A stretch of DNA of 64,000 nucleotides from Lepidodermella squamata (Eukaryota > Animalia > Gastrotricha), in NCBI GenBank assembly GCA_047495785.1, contig JBLDXI010000007.1, positions 930,001-994,000 on the forward strand. The letters run 5' to 3'. Positions 50,832 through 63,113 of this stretch are shown in pieces (positions within the stretch are counted from its first letter, which is position 1; the number at the start of each line of letters is the position of its first letter). The position numbers were made by a program, and so were the translations under genes. Under the pieces are notes generated by a model. That model was not told where the DNA came from. It saw only the letters and a list, made by a program, of their open reading frames with translations, and did no database searches.

Positions 50832-51398
50832 TGTAAGATGAGTGATAAAACACAAGTATCACTTAATGCAGCCATTTTCCTAACCCCCACCCCTGCTAGA
50901 ATTGCGCCGGCTATTTGTGAGAGGAAAACCGTGAACAAAATAATGTCAAAAGGCCTATTTTTAAATGATCAACAGATCCGACCAATGTCTTCTTTTATCC
51001 GACAACCAAAAATGTGACTAAAACCTGCCGACTTCATACCCGAACAAGTTGGCATAATTATACCAACTGCCAAAGCCCGCCGCCTACGTTTTGTGCCCAG
51101 GTAGCAGATAGCCCGCTGATTTATATCATCTAACGATAAATATTAGACAAAAAAACAGCGATCACGCGCACATTTTTTCTAAATTTCTCACGTTGCCAAT
51201 CACAGAGCAAACCAAGTTTCGCCATGACTTTCATTGATTTTCGGCAAAATTGTTGAGTCCTTACATCTAGCTGCCAATAGTTTTAGCAGAGACGAGAAAA
51301 AGCAATAAACAGGATTCAAAGAACAAGGAAACATGATTAATTATGCCGTATCTGTGTGCATTGGTGCAGTTTTGTATGCAGTATATTAGGGCTGAAAC

Positions 51399-53012
51399 AT
51401 GCTTGCTACCTGTTTTCTGTGGCTTGTCACCGTCGTTGCCCCATTGTGTAATTGCCAGATGTATCTGGCCCAATTGAATTATAACTTCGCCATTTTGCCT
51501 AAACCTCTCGTTTACTGGCCACTGAACAGCGTGTTTGGTTTTCGAGACATTTCAGGCAACAACATAAACATCACTTTTAATACTACGGCACCTGTCTTAG
51601 CTACTGGTCCGTTTGGAACGCCTAATACTGCATACGAGACGAATAAGGCCGATAACACAAGTTGGTTTCAGACTAATTCATCAAGCTTCCCCGGCTTGGC
51701 TTCTTTCACAATGGCAGGGCACGTCGTGGTCAAATCGAGAGCGCAAATCTTTGAATTCGCTAATGAAACGATGGCGTATGGTTCAATACTTTGGCGATTC
51801 AATTCTTATGATGCGAGTAACACACAACCCAACCTTTTATTTGCTGCTGTCGGGAGTGGGTACTTCAACCATCTCGCCTGCAATTTTTCTGACTGGCGTT
51901 TCGTGGCTTTTACATTCAATGCGTCGAATGGAACGTTAACCTCAGTTTGCGATAGCATCGTTAGCCCTCCTCTGGTAAGACCTGGGCCACCTCCATCAGC
52001 TAACATGGTTCTAATGGGCAAAAGGTAAGCATAAAACATACAAGAATTTCACTGAGGCTAAACCCGGGCCAACAACTCTCATGCGATCGAATTATTTCCA
52101 ATTTACAGAGTAGGCACGGGTGGCGTAGCAGGATCATTCAATAATCTGTACGCGTGCGTTTCAATATTCAACACTGCATTAACGCCAGGAGAGCTTGCGA
52201 TTCTTCGCTCACAGTGCCAACTTATCAATCGTGCGCATTTTAATTTTTGGATTTATTTTCACCTTCATTGGCTATCACAGAGATCTCGTGTCCATCTAAC
52301 TGCCTTGCGGGAACTTGCATCGGAGACTTGAACGCTCCGGCTGGATATCGTTGCACTTGTCAGAGCGGATGGACTGGCCGAAATTGTTCCACCCGTAAGT
52401 TCCGTGACCGGTAAAGTACGCTCCACCTGATATATAAATTCTGCGCATTTTTAGCGATTTGCTCGCCAGCATGCGGTATTGGAGGCATTTGCGCCGGCTC
52501 AAATGCATGCCAATGCGCTCCAGGCTGGACAGGCACTCGATGCGACACGCGTGAGAACTGAAGGCTTACGTATTTGTTAATAAACCAATTTTGTTAATGA
52601 AGCTTTGTGTCCGATGGGCTGCTCAAATGGCGGTACATGTGTGCGGCCGAATCGATGCAAATGTGTCGATGACTGGCTGCCACCTGATTGCTCGAAACGT
52701 AAGATCGATTATCCTAAAATTTGGTGGTTCCATTAACCAGCATTTAACCTTCATTTTCAATGTTCAGCCAATTGCAAGAATTGTGAGAAACGAGGTAAGT
52801 GCATCGCTCCGAAGACTTGCGAGTGCGACCCAGGCTGGACAGGTATAAATTGCATAAACAGTGAGTGAATTCTGAAAAGTTCTTTGGGAGGAATTAATGT
52901 TTCCCTTTTACAGAAATCAAAAGTGAGCGATTGATAATCTCATAGTTTCCCTATCACCAACAAATAATGTTTAATGCTTACAGCTTATTGCTCGGCCGAT
53001 GGCTGTAGTTAA
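51399..53012 (+). CDS. Secreted LamG/ConA-like domain + ~4 EGF-like repeats, copy 1
   Basis: Signal peptide; 'LVYWPLN....DISGNN', 'WRFVAFTFN' (LamG-like jelly roll); one EGF per short exon; inferred 9-nt microexon 52914-52922 and last exon 'YCSADGCS*'. Confidence 0.8.
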
Positions 53013-53189
53013 CAATCTGCAATTGGAAATCAAGTGCTTTGGAAGCCGAAGAAGTCCGTTCTGCATATGGTTTACTACATTCCTAATTTTCATATATTCG
53101 CGGATCGCTTTACAGTTATACAAAACTCATTCATTTCTTGGTATAGATTTGACCCCGTTAAGGATAAATATGTATAAATATGTATGTAG

Positions 53190-54200
53190 TGTAACCGGTG
53201 GTAATTCTGAGTCACGTGAAACGTAACAAACCTCTATTGGCTCCAATGTCATCAGTTCTGTTGTTACTGTTCACTGTGGATCATATGTAACCCTTGCAGC
53301 TGATACGTGAAATATGAGAGGCCTGAATTGCAATTGCACTTGTTAGCAACCTTGCTGAAGCTATTGTCAGATTAGTCAGAAGTCAGATATAATATAATAA
53401 AAACTGTGAGTTGTCGGAGTCCGCCATCTCTTGCCGCCTAGAATATTCGAACCTGTTACAATTTGATGTCAGAATGAATTCTAGCCAAGAACGGCGAACC
53501 ACTAGATCAAGCAAAAGCCCTTCGACCAAGAGACAGCCGACACCCTAGCGACATGAAATCCGGTAAAGAACAGCCGCAGCGAACGCCAGGATGCCGACGA
53601 TGATATCGCGGGGTGATATCGCGGCAGAACGACCTGTCTAAACAATGGCTAAACAATGGCGTAATGCTTTTGATGCGTAGAAAAAACTGGCGCTCAGTTT
53701 TTCCGGCACGCGGCTGACTTGGCGGAGATGCAAACAATAGTTTTACGCCATTTGTTTCTATTTTAGGCAGGTCGTTCTGTCGCCCACCATGCGATATTGA
53801 CAGTCGACAAGAAGGCGACGGAGCCGACACCGAGTATTGTCTATCACAGTGGTTTTTGATAGGTATCGAACCGGCACTACGAAGTCGAAGTGTTCCGACG
53901 TGGCGAACCGAAATTTCTTCTCGACGCGTACGAACCAGCAGCTCTCGAAAAAGCCGCGTGTTGAATTCAACTATACTAAGACAATATGGGGCACTCATAG
54001 CTCAAGTTGTGAGTTTGGCAGGACACTATAGAGTATAGAGCAGACTGGGTGGAACAGTCAAGGCAGCCTGACACGAAAAGGGTTGACTACCGAATAATCC
54101 CGATCAGATCGCTAGCGGACAACGCTGTCTCGTTCAATCCGTACCCGTAGTGACTAGTAAGCTAAGACTTATGTTGCGAGTTATGGAAATATCAAGCGCT
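53190..54200 (+). mobile_element. Decayed LTR retrotransposon: LTR 53190-53460, degenerate PBS, internal remnant
   Basis: TGTAAC...GTTACA termini, AATAAA at ~53396, then 'tgatgtcagaa' (cf. TGGTGTCAGAA tRNA-Leu-type PBS); no second LTR found; 3' limit uncertain. Confidence 0.7.
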
Positions 54201-55196
54201 GGTACTGGGTGAATTTATTGTGTTTTGAATGGAAGACATGATGACAGCTCCACCTCAGCCCTACCGTTACGAGGGACCAGGTTCTGGCGGCACTTCGGTT
54301 GTCGCCGATAATGCTGGAACGTGTGTTTGTCCAGCAGCAGTTTGTCGTAAATGGGTGAGGAATTTCGAAGTATAGTGAGGAGTATTCCTTTCTTGAAATG
54401 AGGAGACTGTCGCAATAAAATTGAGCTAACAAGCTGACGGTACCATATGCACGCGCCACTGTGATTCTGCAATCCTGGAGACGGAATATTTCCAATAGGT
54501 GACGACATGGAAAGGAGCGGTAGTTAGCAAGAATTTAAGACTGACTTATATAGACGTCGAGTATGAATGCTGCGACGTAGCCTGGCGTAATCTTCGGCGT
54601 ATTATTAACGTCGCAACATCGAATAGGGAAGTTGACGAAACCTCTAACTGGCCTGGCTTGCCCGCTGATAGAGACTGGCTTTCATCCTGCATCTCATTCA
54701 AATACGTGTATCATCAAATAATTGCATCCGCTAAACGCTGTGCTCAAAAAGCGTTAAACAAGACATTTAAGCTATATTTTTGTTTATTTATTTTTTAGCA
54801 GCACTCGTCTTGTTGCGAAATCAAACATCTTGAAGCCTGCTGAGACCTATCTTTCGTGTAAGCTCCAAAATGTCAATATTCCTTCGAAAAACGAGTGGAG
54901 TAACACTGAAATACCTGAAAGCTGAATTTTTCGAAATCACCGAGAGAGGAGTTGTTTTACCCCTCTCCTCATTCCTTTTTTATATCAGAAAAAGCAAACA
55001 ATGATCACGCCCCTGCAGCGCACATTGTTTCGAAATTTCTCACGTTGCCAATCACAGAGCAAACCAAATTCCGCCACTTTCATTGATTTCGATCATTGAT
55101 TTACGAAAAAGCGTCAAAGAACAAGAAAATATGATTAAATATGCCGTATCTGTCTGCATTTGTGCAGTTTTGCATGCAGTATATTAGGGCTTAAAC

Positions 55197-56795
55197 ATGC
55201 TTGCTACATGTTTTCTGTGGCTTGTCGCCATCGTTGCACCATTGTGTAATTGCCAGATGTATCTGGCCCAATTGAATTATAACTTCGCCAATTTACCGAA
55301 ACCTCTTGTTTACTGGCCACTGAACAGCGTGTTTGGTTTTCGAGATATTTCAGGCAGCAACATAAACATCACTTTTAAAACTACGGCACCTGTCTTAGCA
55401 ACTGGTCCGTTTGGAACGCCTAATACCGCTTATGAGACGAATAAGGCCGACAACACAAGTTGGTTTCAGACTACTTCATCAAGCTTCTTCGGCTTGACTT
55501 CTTTCACAATGGCAGGGCACGTCGTGGTCAAATCCAGGGGACAAGCCTTTGAATTCGCTAATGAAACGATGGCGTATGCTGCAATGCTATGGCGATATCT
55601 TGATTCGAATAGGAATAATCTCTCCCCCAACTTTATATTCACTGCAGTCGGAAATGTCAACATGCAGCTCGCCTGCAATTTCTCTGCTGGCTGGCGCTTC
55701 GTTGCTTTTACCTACAATGCTGTAAATAGAACGGTAGCGTCAGTTTGTGATAGCATAGTTAGCCCTCCTCTGGTAAGATCCGGGCCACCTCCATCAGCTA
55801 ACACGGTTCTAATGGGTAAAAGGTACGCAATAAAGAATTTCACTGAGGCTGAATCCGGGCCATGATTTAAAATTTACATGATTTACAGGTTAAGCGGGGA
55901 AGACATAGCCGGGTCTTTCAACAATCTCTACGCTTGTGTTTCAATATTCAACACTGCGCTATCTTCGGCTGAGATTGAAATTCTTCGCTCACAGTGCCAA
56001 CTTATCAATCGTGCGCATTTAAAATTTTGGATTTATTTTCACGTTCATTTGCTATTCCAGAGATCTCCTGTCCATCTAACTGCCTTGCGGGAACTTGCAT
56101 CGGAGATTTGAATGCTCCGGGTGGATATCGTTGCACTTGCCAGAGCGGATGGACTTTGAAATTGAAATATGAAATTGTTCCATCCGTAAGTTCCGTGACC
56201 GGTTAAGTACGCTCCACCTGATATATAAAGGCTGCGCATTTTTAGCGGTTTGCTCGCCAGCATGCGGGATTGGAGGCATTTGCGCCAGCTCAAATGCATG
56301 CCAATGCGCTCCAGGCTGGACAGGCACTCGATGCGACACGCGTGAGAACTGAATGCTTACGTATTTGTTAATAAACCAATTTTGTTAATGAAGCTTTGTG
56401 TCCGATGGGCTGCTCAAATGGCGGTACATGTGTGCGACCGAATCGATGCAAATGTGTCGATGACTGGTTGCCACCTGATTGCTCGAAACGTATGATCGAT
56501 CATCCTATCATCTGGTGGTTTCATTAACCAGCATGTAACTTCTACTTTCAGCTAACTGCAAAAATTGCGAGAAACGAGGTAAGTGCATCGCTCCAAAGAC
56601 TTGCGAGTGCGACCCAGGCTGGACGGGTAAAAATTGTATAAACAGTGAGTAAATTCTGTAAAGACCTTTGGAAGGATGTAATATTTCCCTGTTACAGAAA
56701 TCAAAAGTGAGTGATTGATCATCTCGTAGTATCCATATTGTAAACAAAAATCGTTCACGCGTCCAGCTTATTGCTCGGCTGATGGCTGTAGTTAA
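55197..56795 (+). pseudogene. LamG-like + EGF gene, copy 2, frameshifted in first EGF exon
   Basis: Same exon structure as copy 1, but GGCC is replaced by TTGAAATTGAAATAT at ~56156-56170 (+11 nt). Confidence 0.7.
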
Positions 56796-57261
56796 CAATC
56801 TGCAATTGGAAATCAAGTGCTTTGGAAGGGAAAGAATTCCATTCTATGGTGTGCCAACTTGCTACTTTTTCTTAAAAATTCGTGTATATTGCGTTAGACC
56901 TACAACACTTTCGTAAAATAAAGTTTCTACGTTCATTTCTCCGTACTGACTTTATATCTTCGGTTGCTGTTCGTGCTCTATACTCTATATTGAACAGAAC
57001 ATCTTCTTACACATAAAGCTATTAACGATATAATAGCTCTGCCAACAGCTAGTCGATAGCTGGAAGTGAAGAATTTCATCGGTCTAATACTTGAGAAACC
57101 TCAAGGAAATATCTTCGCACCCCGAATCAACTTCGCTACAGCTTCTCATAACAATGGGATATTGAGGTCCAGAATTCAGCACACAGAAGTACATCAGTTA
57201 CCTATTCAATTTATTCTCATACTCTCAGTTGAAATCAAACTTTACTTGCTAGCAAGCTTAT

Positions 57262-58155
57262 TCACGAGTTCACGGGTTCAACGGTAGCAGGAGGTTTGTA
57301 CTGTTCCAAGGTTACCTTTTGAGTAGGGTCACATGGCACGAACAAGGCGCTTGCAGTAGCTGGCGGGCAATCCATCTGAGGACCAACTGTAAGCTGCTTT
57401 GTTTTACTGAAGCAGGTATGGATGGTTGCAAACTGATTCGCCGGCTGCGTGTTCGAACACAAAATTTGCACTTTCTTCGAATACAACTGCTCAATTTGAT
57501 GAACCGTGACAGGCTGCTGAAGTTGAGCGATCGCATTCAGCTTGTTCGTAGCATCTTGCAACCGGAACGCAACGTCTAGTGTCGATACGAAGTAGTAATA
57601 AGCTGCAGCCTGAGGATCAGAACTGAAGGCCCCGCTTAAACAAGCTCCATGCTTTTGGAATTCATGATTGTACAGAACGCATAACGAGTCGTGATCCGTT
57701 TCAGCCGGGTCGTGCCACAACAGGTTCATATTGCTAAATAGCTCTGGATTAGAATTCTGAAACTTGATAGGATCGTAGGGCACATTCTTTTTGTCCGAAG
57801 TGTAGGGACAGCAAGTTGGGAATCCGTTGAAGTAGTCGAACCATAGCCCATGAATCGTCACAATTGTCGGCACAGCTTCGAGATCACAGCGAATTCCGTT
57901 CGGGTAAGGTTGGACGTTTTGATGCGAGAGGGTTATGTCAACCCCATGATCCAGTTCACGGCAGTACTGGGGAAGGAACATTTGCTCGATCAGGGCGTAA
58001 TCCCAATCTCCGGGCACGCCGGTTGAATTCGTGCAGATGTTAACGCATTGCGTTTTACCTGGCATGATCCATCCGCCTGGGTAATCCATTGCCCCACATA
58101 GCAGGGCATTTGATAGAATGGCTAGAGCAAAGACTGCTTTTGACAAGGAAATCAT
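57262..58155 (-). CDS. Secreted ribonuclease T2 family protein, intronless CDS
   Basis: Signal peptide, CAS I 'TIHGLW', CAS II 'YNHEFQKHGAC', C-terminal Cys pattern. Confidence 0.93.
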   Translation of the reverse strand: MISLSKAVFALAILSNALLCGAMDYPGGWIMPGKTQCVNICTNSTGVPGDWDYALIEQMFLPQYCRELDHGVDITLSHQNVQPYPNGIRCDLEAVPTIVTIHGLWFDYFNGFPTCCPYTSDKKNVPYDPIKFQNSNPELFSNMNLLWHDPAETDHDSLCVLYNHEFQKHGACLSGAFSSDPQAAAYYYFVSTLDVAFRLQDATNKLNAIAQLQQPVTVHQIEQLYSKKVQILCSNTQPANQFATIHTCFSKTKQLTVGPQMDCPPATASALFVPCDPTQKVTLEQYKPPATVEPVNS

Positions 58156-59599
58156 TTCTCAACCTGTAAGAATATATCTATACAACTAATACATCCCAAA
58201 AGTTATAGAAATAGTCGGCATATATTCGCTCAATGATATTCGAGATCAAAGTTGGAAAATAGTAGAAATTGTGCTCAAGATTTGTAGAGAACAATTTATG
58301 AGAAGGATTTTTGATTCTCTGTGGTTTTAAGTGCCGCTGGCTCGTTTATATCATGAACTGATAAGAGTTTTCATGTCGGAGACGGTGTTTCTGATAAAGC
58401 TCTACTTCCGAAATGTTAATTGATTAATCGCGAAAAAAATGCATAAGTGGGGCAAATGTACTCTCGAAAGTAAATACAAAACAAATTGATATATTGATGG
58501 ACAGTTCGTTGCGAAAAATTCATCAATCTAATTCAGTGAAACCCGTAATCAACCTGTACATTTAAAAATATCAAAAGTAACTGCATTGTGTGACTTGGAA
58601 ACAGGTGTTACTGTTGCCGTGAGAACAGATGCCAGAGCACTAAAACTTAGAATTAGATTGACGAAGCAGAGCCAATATTGCTGTTCGAATCCATAACTTC
58701 TCGTGACATTACTGCAATATTCATCGGAGGAAAATTCCCCTCGAGGAAATTTGATTGATTAGCCGTTGACTATAACTTAACTTGAACAGAAACTTGACTA
58801 TAACGTTGATTATTTAATACCCGCTGATCGCTAGCTGTCAAATGAATTAAGCCGCAGAAACATTTGGGCACTGAACTTACCGCCTGTCCCTGGGTTCTTA
58901 TTCTTCCCGGATTTTCTGTAAGCCCACGCTTAGCCTACGAATGAAATCTCTGTACTAAGTACCAGACGTTTTCGGGCAATATATTTTCACAACCGCAGTA
59001 TCAAGCAAAGCTAGGGCTAAACGATAGTAGTAGTAGTATTTTATTGAAAAGCTTCAATGATCGGTGATTCGAGCCGCTATGCGTTCGTTACGATTTACGA
59101 AGAAACGGGATCAACGTCGAAGAACAAGATCACAGAGATATGTAGCAGTAGAAAGCCTTAAAATGACGTTTGCCCTAAGATATTGTGGGCTTTTATTACA
59201 ATCGGCCGATGCATGCCAACTAAGCCATACATTTTTGAATTTATCATGGCAGATAAAATTCGCATAACTCTTAGCTCTCCTATAACTTGACACACCCGGC
59301 AAGCTTCGTTCATCTTCACTCCATTGTCTATTCGATAGCTTCAGTTCTCGCTATACATAACAACTACTACTCGCTAAATAACAATATTTATTAATTAACT
59401 TGCAAAGAATTTCAACATTGAAAATTCTGCAGAAAACACTAAAAACTGTATTAAATTGAATAAATGTTGTTCAATTATGTAGTGAAAATGCGGAAAAATT
59501 CAGCAGATTTGAACTTCATGCTGAGGCACTCGAAAAGTCTTGGCTCCTTCTTCCTTCAGTAAATTCAACGGAACTCACACCAGGGCGATATTTTTGGGA

Positions 59600-61995
59600 T
59601 TAGATTCTCTTAACAGCTAAGTAGGCGTTCACATGAATGCCCACGAAGCCAGCTAGAGCGATGAGGAAAGCGATGACGTCGATCAGCCTTACCAAAGTGA
59701 TGCGTTTCCTCAGACTTCCACATACCAACTCACCCCCTCTGCGGCACGCTACCAGCCAAACGGTCGCCAATTGGTAAATCGTGATAGCTGCGGCGAAGAA
59801 CACCAGTTGCATGATGTAGTCACCCAGTAGCGATCGATTTGCTGTCTGAGGCAAAACCGATCTTACGTCAGCCTGGGCTACGACAAGGGCTAGAAGCGAT
59901 GTGACTGTGAAAGTAGGTCTTTCAGCAGTTTCCGGCAGCAAGAAAAACGTAAGCAAGTTGATAGACGACAGGACAGCACTAGGCAAGGCTAAATTAACAA
60001 GATAGTAATCAGGGATACGTTTGATTGTGATTGAAAAATTAGCGGTATGAACGTATTCGCCCATGAATTTCCGAATCGACGTCTTTTTCTCTGTCGCTTC
60101 TAGCCGCCACTCTGAAGTCTCAATTTCCTCAACCCATTCAAAATAGATGGCCGAAAAGTGGACTCGGTCATAATTTCGAACCATTTGAAAAATGAAATCA
60201 CATTCCTGAATATCGAACGGGAAATTGTCAAGATTCAGCGGACAGTCTGACTCCAGCAGGCCTTCCCTCAGCCAGTAAAAATTCAGCGTGATGTTGTCCC
60301 CCTTTTCAGGCACATCCATGTAAACAGTCAGATCTTGAGCGTAGCCGTCAAGATGGTAATTAGACGTAGCTGTCGATGTGAATCTCGTATAAGGTAGCCA
60401 GGCTTCGCTCGCCGATGTCACTTGCAATTTCTGACTGTTGTCCCGAGCTAAATAGATGTTTTTCACTTTTTTCGAACAAGTTGTTACGTTCCACTTTGCC
60501 AACATAACAACGTCAATTGCAATCTTCTGCGCCACATTATCGACCTCTCGAAGCGAGTTGACGACAAGAACGAAGCTGACGAGGTTCGGTTTATCGTTGT
60601 TTGGTGGAAAGGCTCTTGAAGCCGAAAAATCTTCACAGGACGGTTTTATGTCGACCAGCTTGATCGGATTTAGCTCAAAACTTGGAATATCCGGGATGTA
60701 TTGTTCTAGTGGGGAGTTAGTTACATTCATGAAATATGAGGGTTCGGCTGTTTTGAGAGAAAATGTCGCTGATTCGGGGAAAAAAGGCGTTGCTGCACTA
60801 CTAGTAGTCCCGCTGGTAGTTGGTAACACGGTTGTCGTAGGTGGATTAGAGCTGGATGCTTGCGAAGTTGTCATCGATATCGTCGATTGGGATGGAGTCG
60901 AGCTCTTTGTCGTTGAGGTTGATTCAGTCGTCGTTGATGTCGATGCTGTAGTTGTTGATGTGGTACTGATGCCGGTGGTCGTTGTTGTTGTCATCGATGG
61001 AACAAACTCAATAACAGCTGGTTCCATTGCAACGGGCGTAGCCGCAGTATTAGCAGTTTCCAACGTGTACAGTTTTCCCTCAACTCCCGGCGAAAAATAG
61101 TCGCTATTTTCAGCAGCGACCCCAATGACATAGGGACCACCGACGGCGAAGCCTTTTATCCGCTGCGATGTTGCCAGAACTTTGTATGATCCGATAAAGT
61201 TCATAATCTCGACCTGCAATTACAGGAGCTGCTTTTTCACTTTGTCAAACTATTGTTGACAACTCACGTTCAAGATGTCGTTTGCTATCTTTATGGTATA
61301 CGTATGATCTCCGTAACCTAAAATTCCTGCAGCTGTGCTGAACCAATAAGTCGGGTCTGGGGTGGCACTTGCGTTTTGGAATTTAATGGAAACCGTTTGG
61401 TTGTTGTAATAGAACTGAACTATCAAGCCTCTCAGTGGCTTTTGCATCAAAACATTATGGGCATTGACTATAAGAAATTGAGCTATCATCAGTTTCGACA
61501 TATACGATCTGATTTCACTTACAGCTTCCAGAAGATTGAAGAGAATTCGGTTGAAGGATGAAAACCATCATTCCGTCGGATTGCGTCGGATGTGGGCTCG
61601 GGACGCCAAGATAAAAATTTAATCTTAAACCAGTGACATTGTTCAGCATCTGGTATAAGAGTTAGAATAATTTTTCCCTAATAGCAGTAGAAGCTGTTAG
61701 AATACCTTTTTAGAAATCAATGCATATGCAGAGCGATCTAGTTTGCAAAAAGGAAACCCGGCCTTTCCAGCTGGAACGATTGGCAACGTCTGGCTGAACG
61801 TACTGTTCTTAACAAAGTAGTACCAGTTATCAATATCTGAAAAATAGTTTTTGGATTTATATAGGTCTTCGGCGAACCACCAAAATGATAACCTGAGCTA
61901 TTTCCGAAAAAGCTGAATTCAGGCAAGACAACTCCCGCTAGTTCGGAGCCTGGGAAAATCATCCAAAAAATGCATAAATTAGTAGCAAGAAACAT
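59600..61995 (-). CDS. Cys-loop ligand-gated ion channel subunit with long N-terminal extension
   Basis: Cys-loop C-PLNLDNFPFDIQE-C (13 residues), 'WLP', pre-M1 'IKRIPDYYLVNL.LP', 4 TM helices. Upstream exons (~61265-61480, ~61520-61610, ~61750-61995 with signal peptide) are inferred and less certain. Confidence 0.85.
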
Positions 61996-63113
61996 TTCTG
62001 AATTTTTCAATTTTCTTTCGATGGCCGGTTTGATGCGAGCTGAATCCTGCCAGAACCCAGCTTGTTATTTACATTTAATTGATTTAATTGAGCTAAATTT
62101 TGCATTTCGAAGTATCTTCTCTATTAATATTTCCAACTTTCCGTGTCGCTGTGTAAACAACGGACGAGAACGTTGTGTTCGGGAGGCAATCTTTGCAAGT
62201 CTCGTTTTGTTAACAACAAATAAAAAATTAAGTTAACAACTCGTCAACAAATTGTTAACAATAGAGCAGGCCTATCAAGGTTCCCAAGGCTGCTTTGCTG
62301 AGTTCAGTGTTCCGTCTCCGATAATTGCCAAGCATATGATTAAAATAATTGTTCACGCGGAGATGGTGTCGCGAGCCCGGCGCTTAAGCAATCAAGAATG
62401 TCCCCAGCTAAAATCATCGCAACTCATGCATAGAAAATCAGCGAATTTACGCTATACACCAATTCAATCGTTTACAACATAACCTACGACCCTGATCTAA
62501 CACTCCTGGCATGAATAAATGACCATGCGGCATGGGGTTGGCAAGGGGATGGAGTGAAACTCAATGAAAGAACAATGGTCTTCAATTACATTCCTAGTTT
62601 CGGACATTTTTCAGAAAGTGCGTGCTCGCCCTTTTGCGAAAAAATCCAAATTGAAAAACAACCCCTCATCCATACTTACGTGCAATTATAATTTGAGGTA
62701 AACTTCCAAAATATGATTTATTAAATTTTGAAAAGAAACACCGTACTCAGCTCGTTAGGCTCTTACAATTTGAAGAAATAATTATTCTGGATTTTCTGAA
62801 GTTAAAAATTTACTGCTCAAAACACTGAGTGTCGTAGTCGATAGCAGAGAAATTCAGGGCCTTTTTAACCTGGAAAAAGTCGAATTCCCGTAAAATTACA
62901 ATTTGTGAAGGTCAAATCTCGAAAAAACTGTGCAGGTAGACCGGAGTCTGTTAAGCTACCGATAATTAAGGCGGGCTCGGTTACCTAAAAAACCAGCGAT
63001 AAATGCTTTTGGGTTTTATTCGCGCTTGACACAAACCTCAATTTGTAAAACAAATAAAGTAAAAAACGTAAATATTAATGTTTTCGAATTATGTCGCTAT
63101 ATCTGAAGCTATC

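Noticed and set aside
54215-54508. 'GLQNHSGAC' as a USP-type cysteine protease box
   Set aside because: Only a weak partial match in a decayed region, with no His box or gene structure.
1755-61100. Numerous short ORFs antisense to real exons (e.g. 6683-7060, 10106-10537, 23164-23589, 28778-29086, 60456-61100)
   Set aside because: Shadow frames of genuine coding exons with no domain signal.
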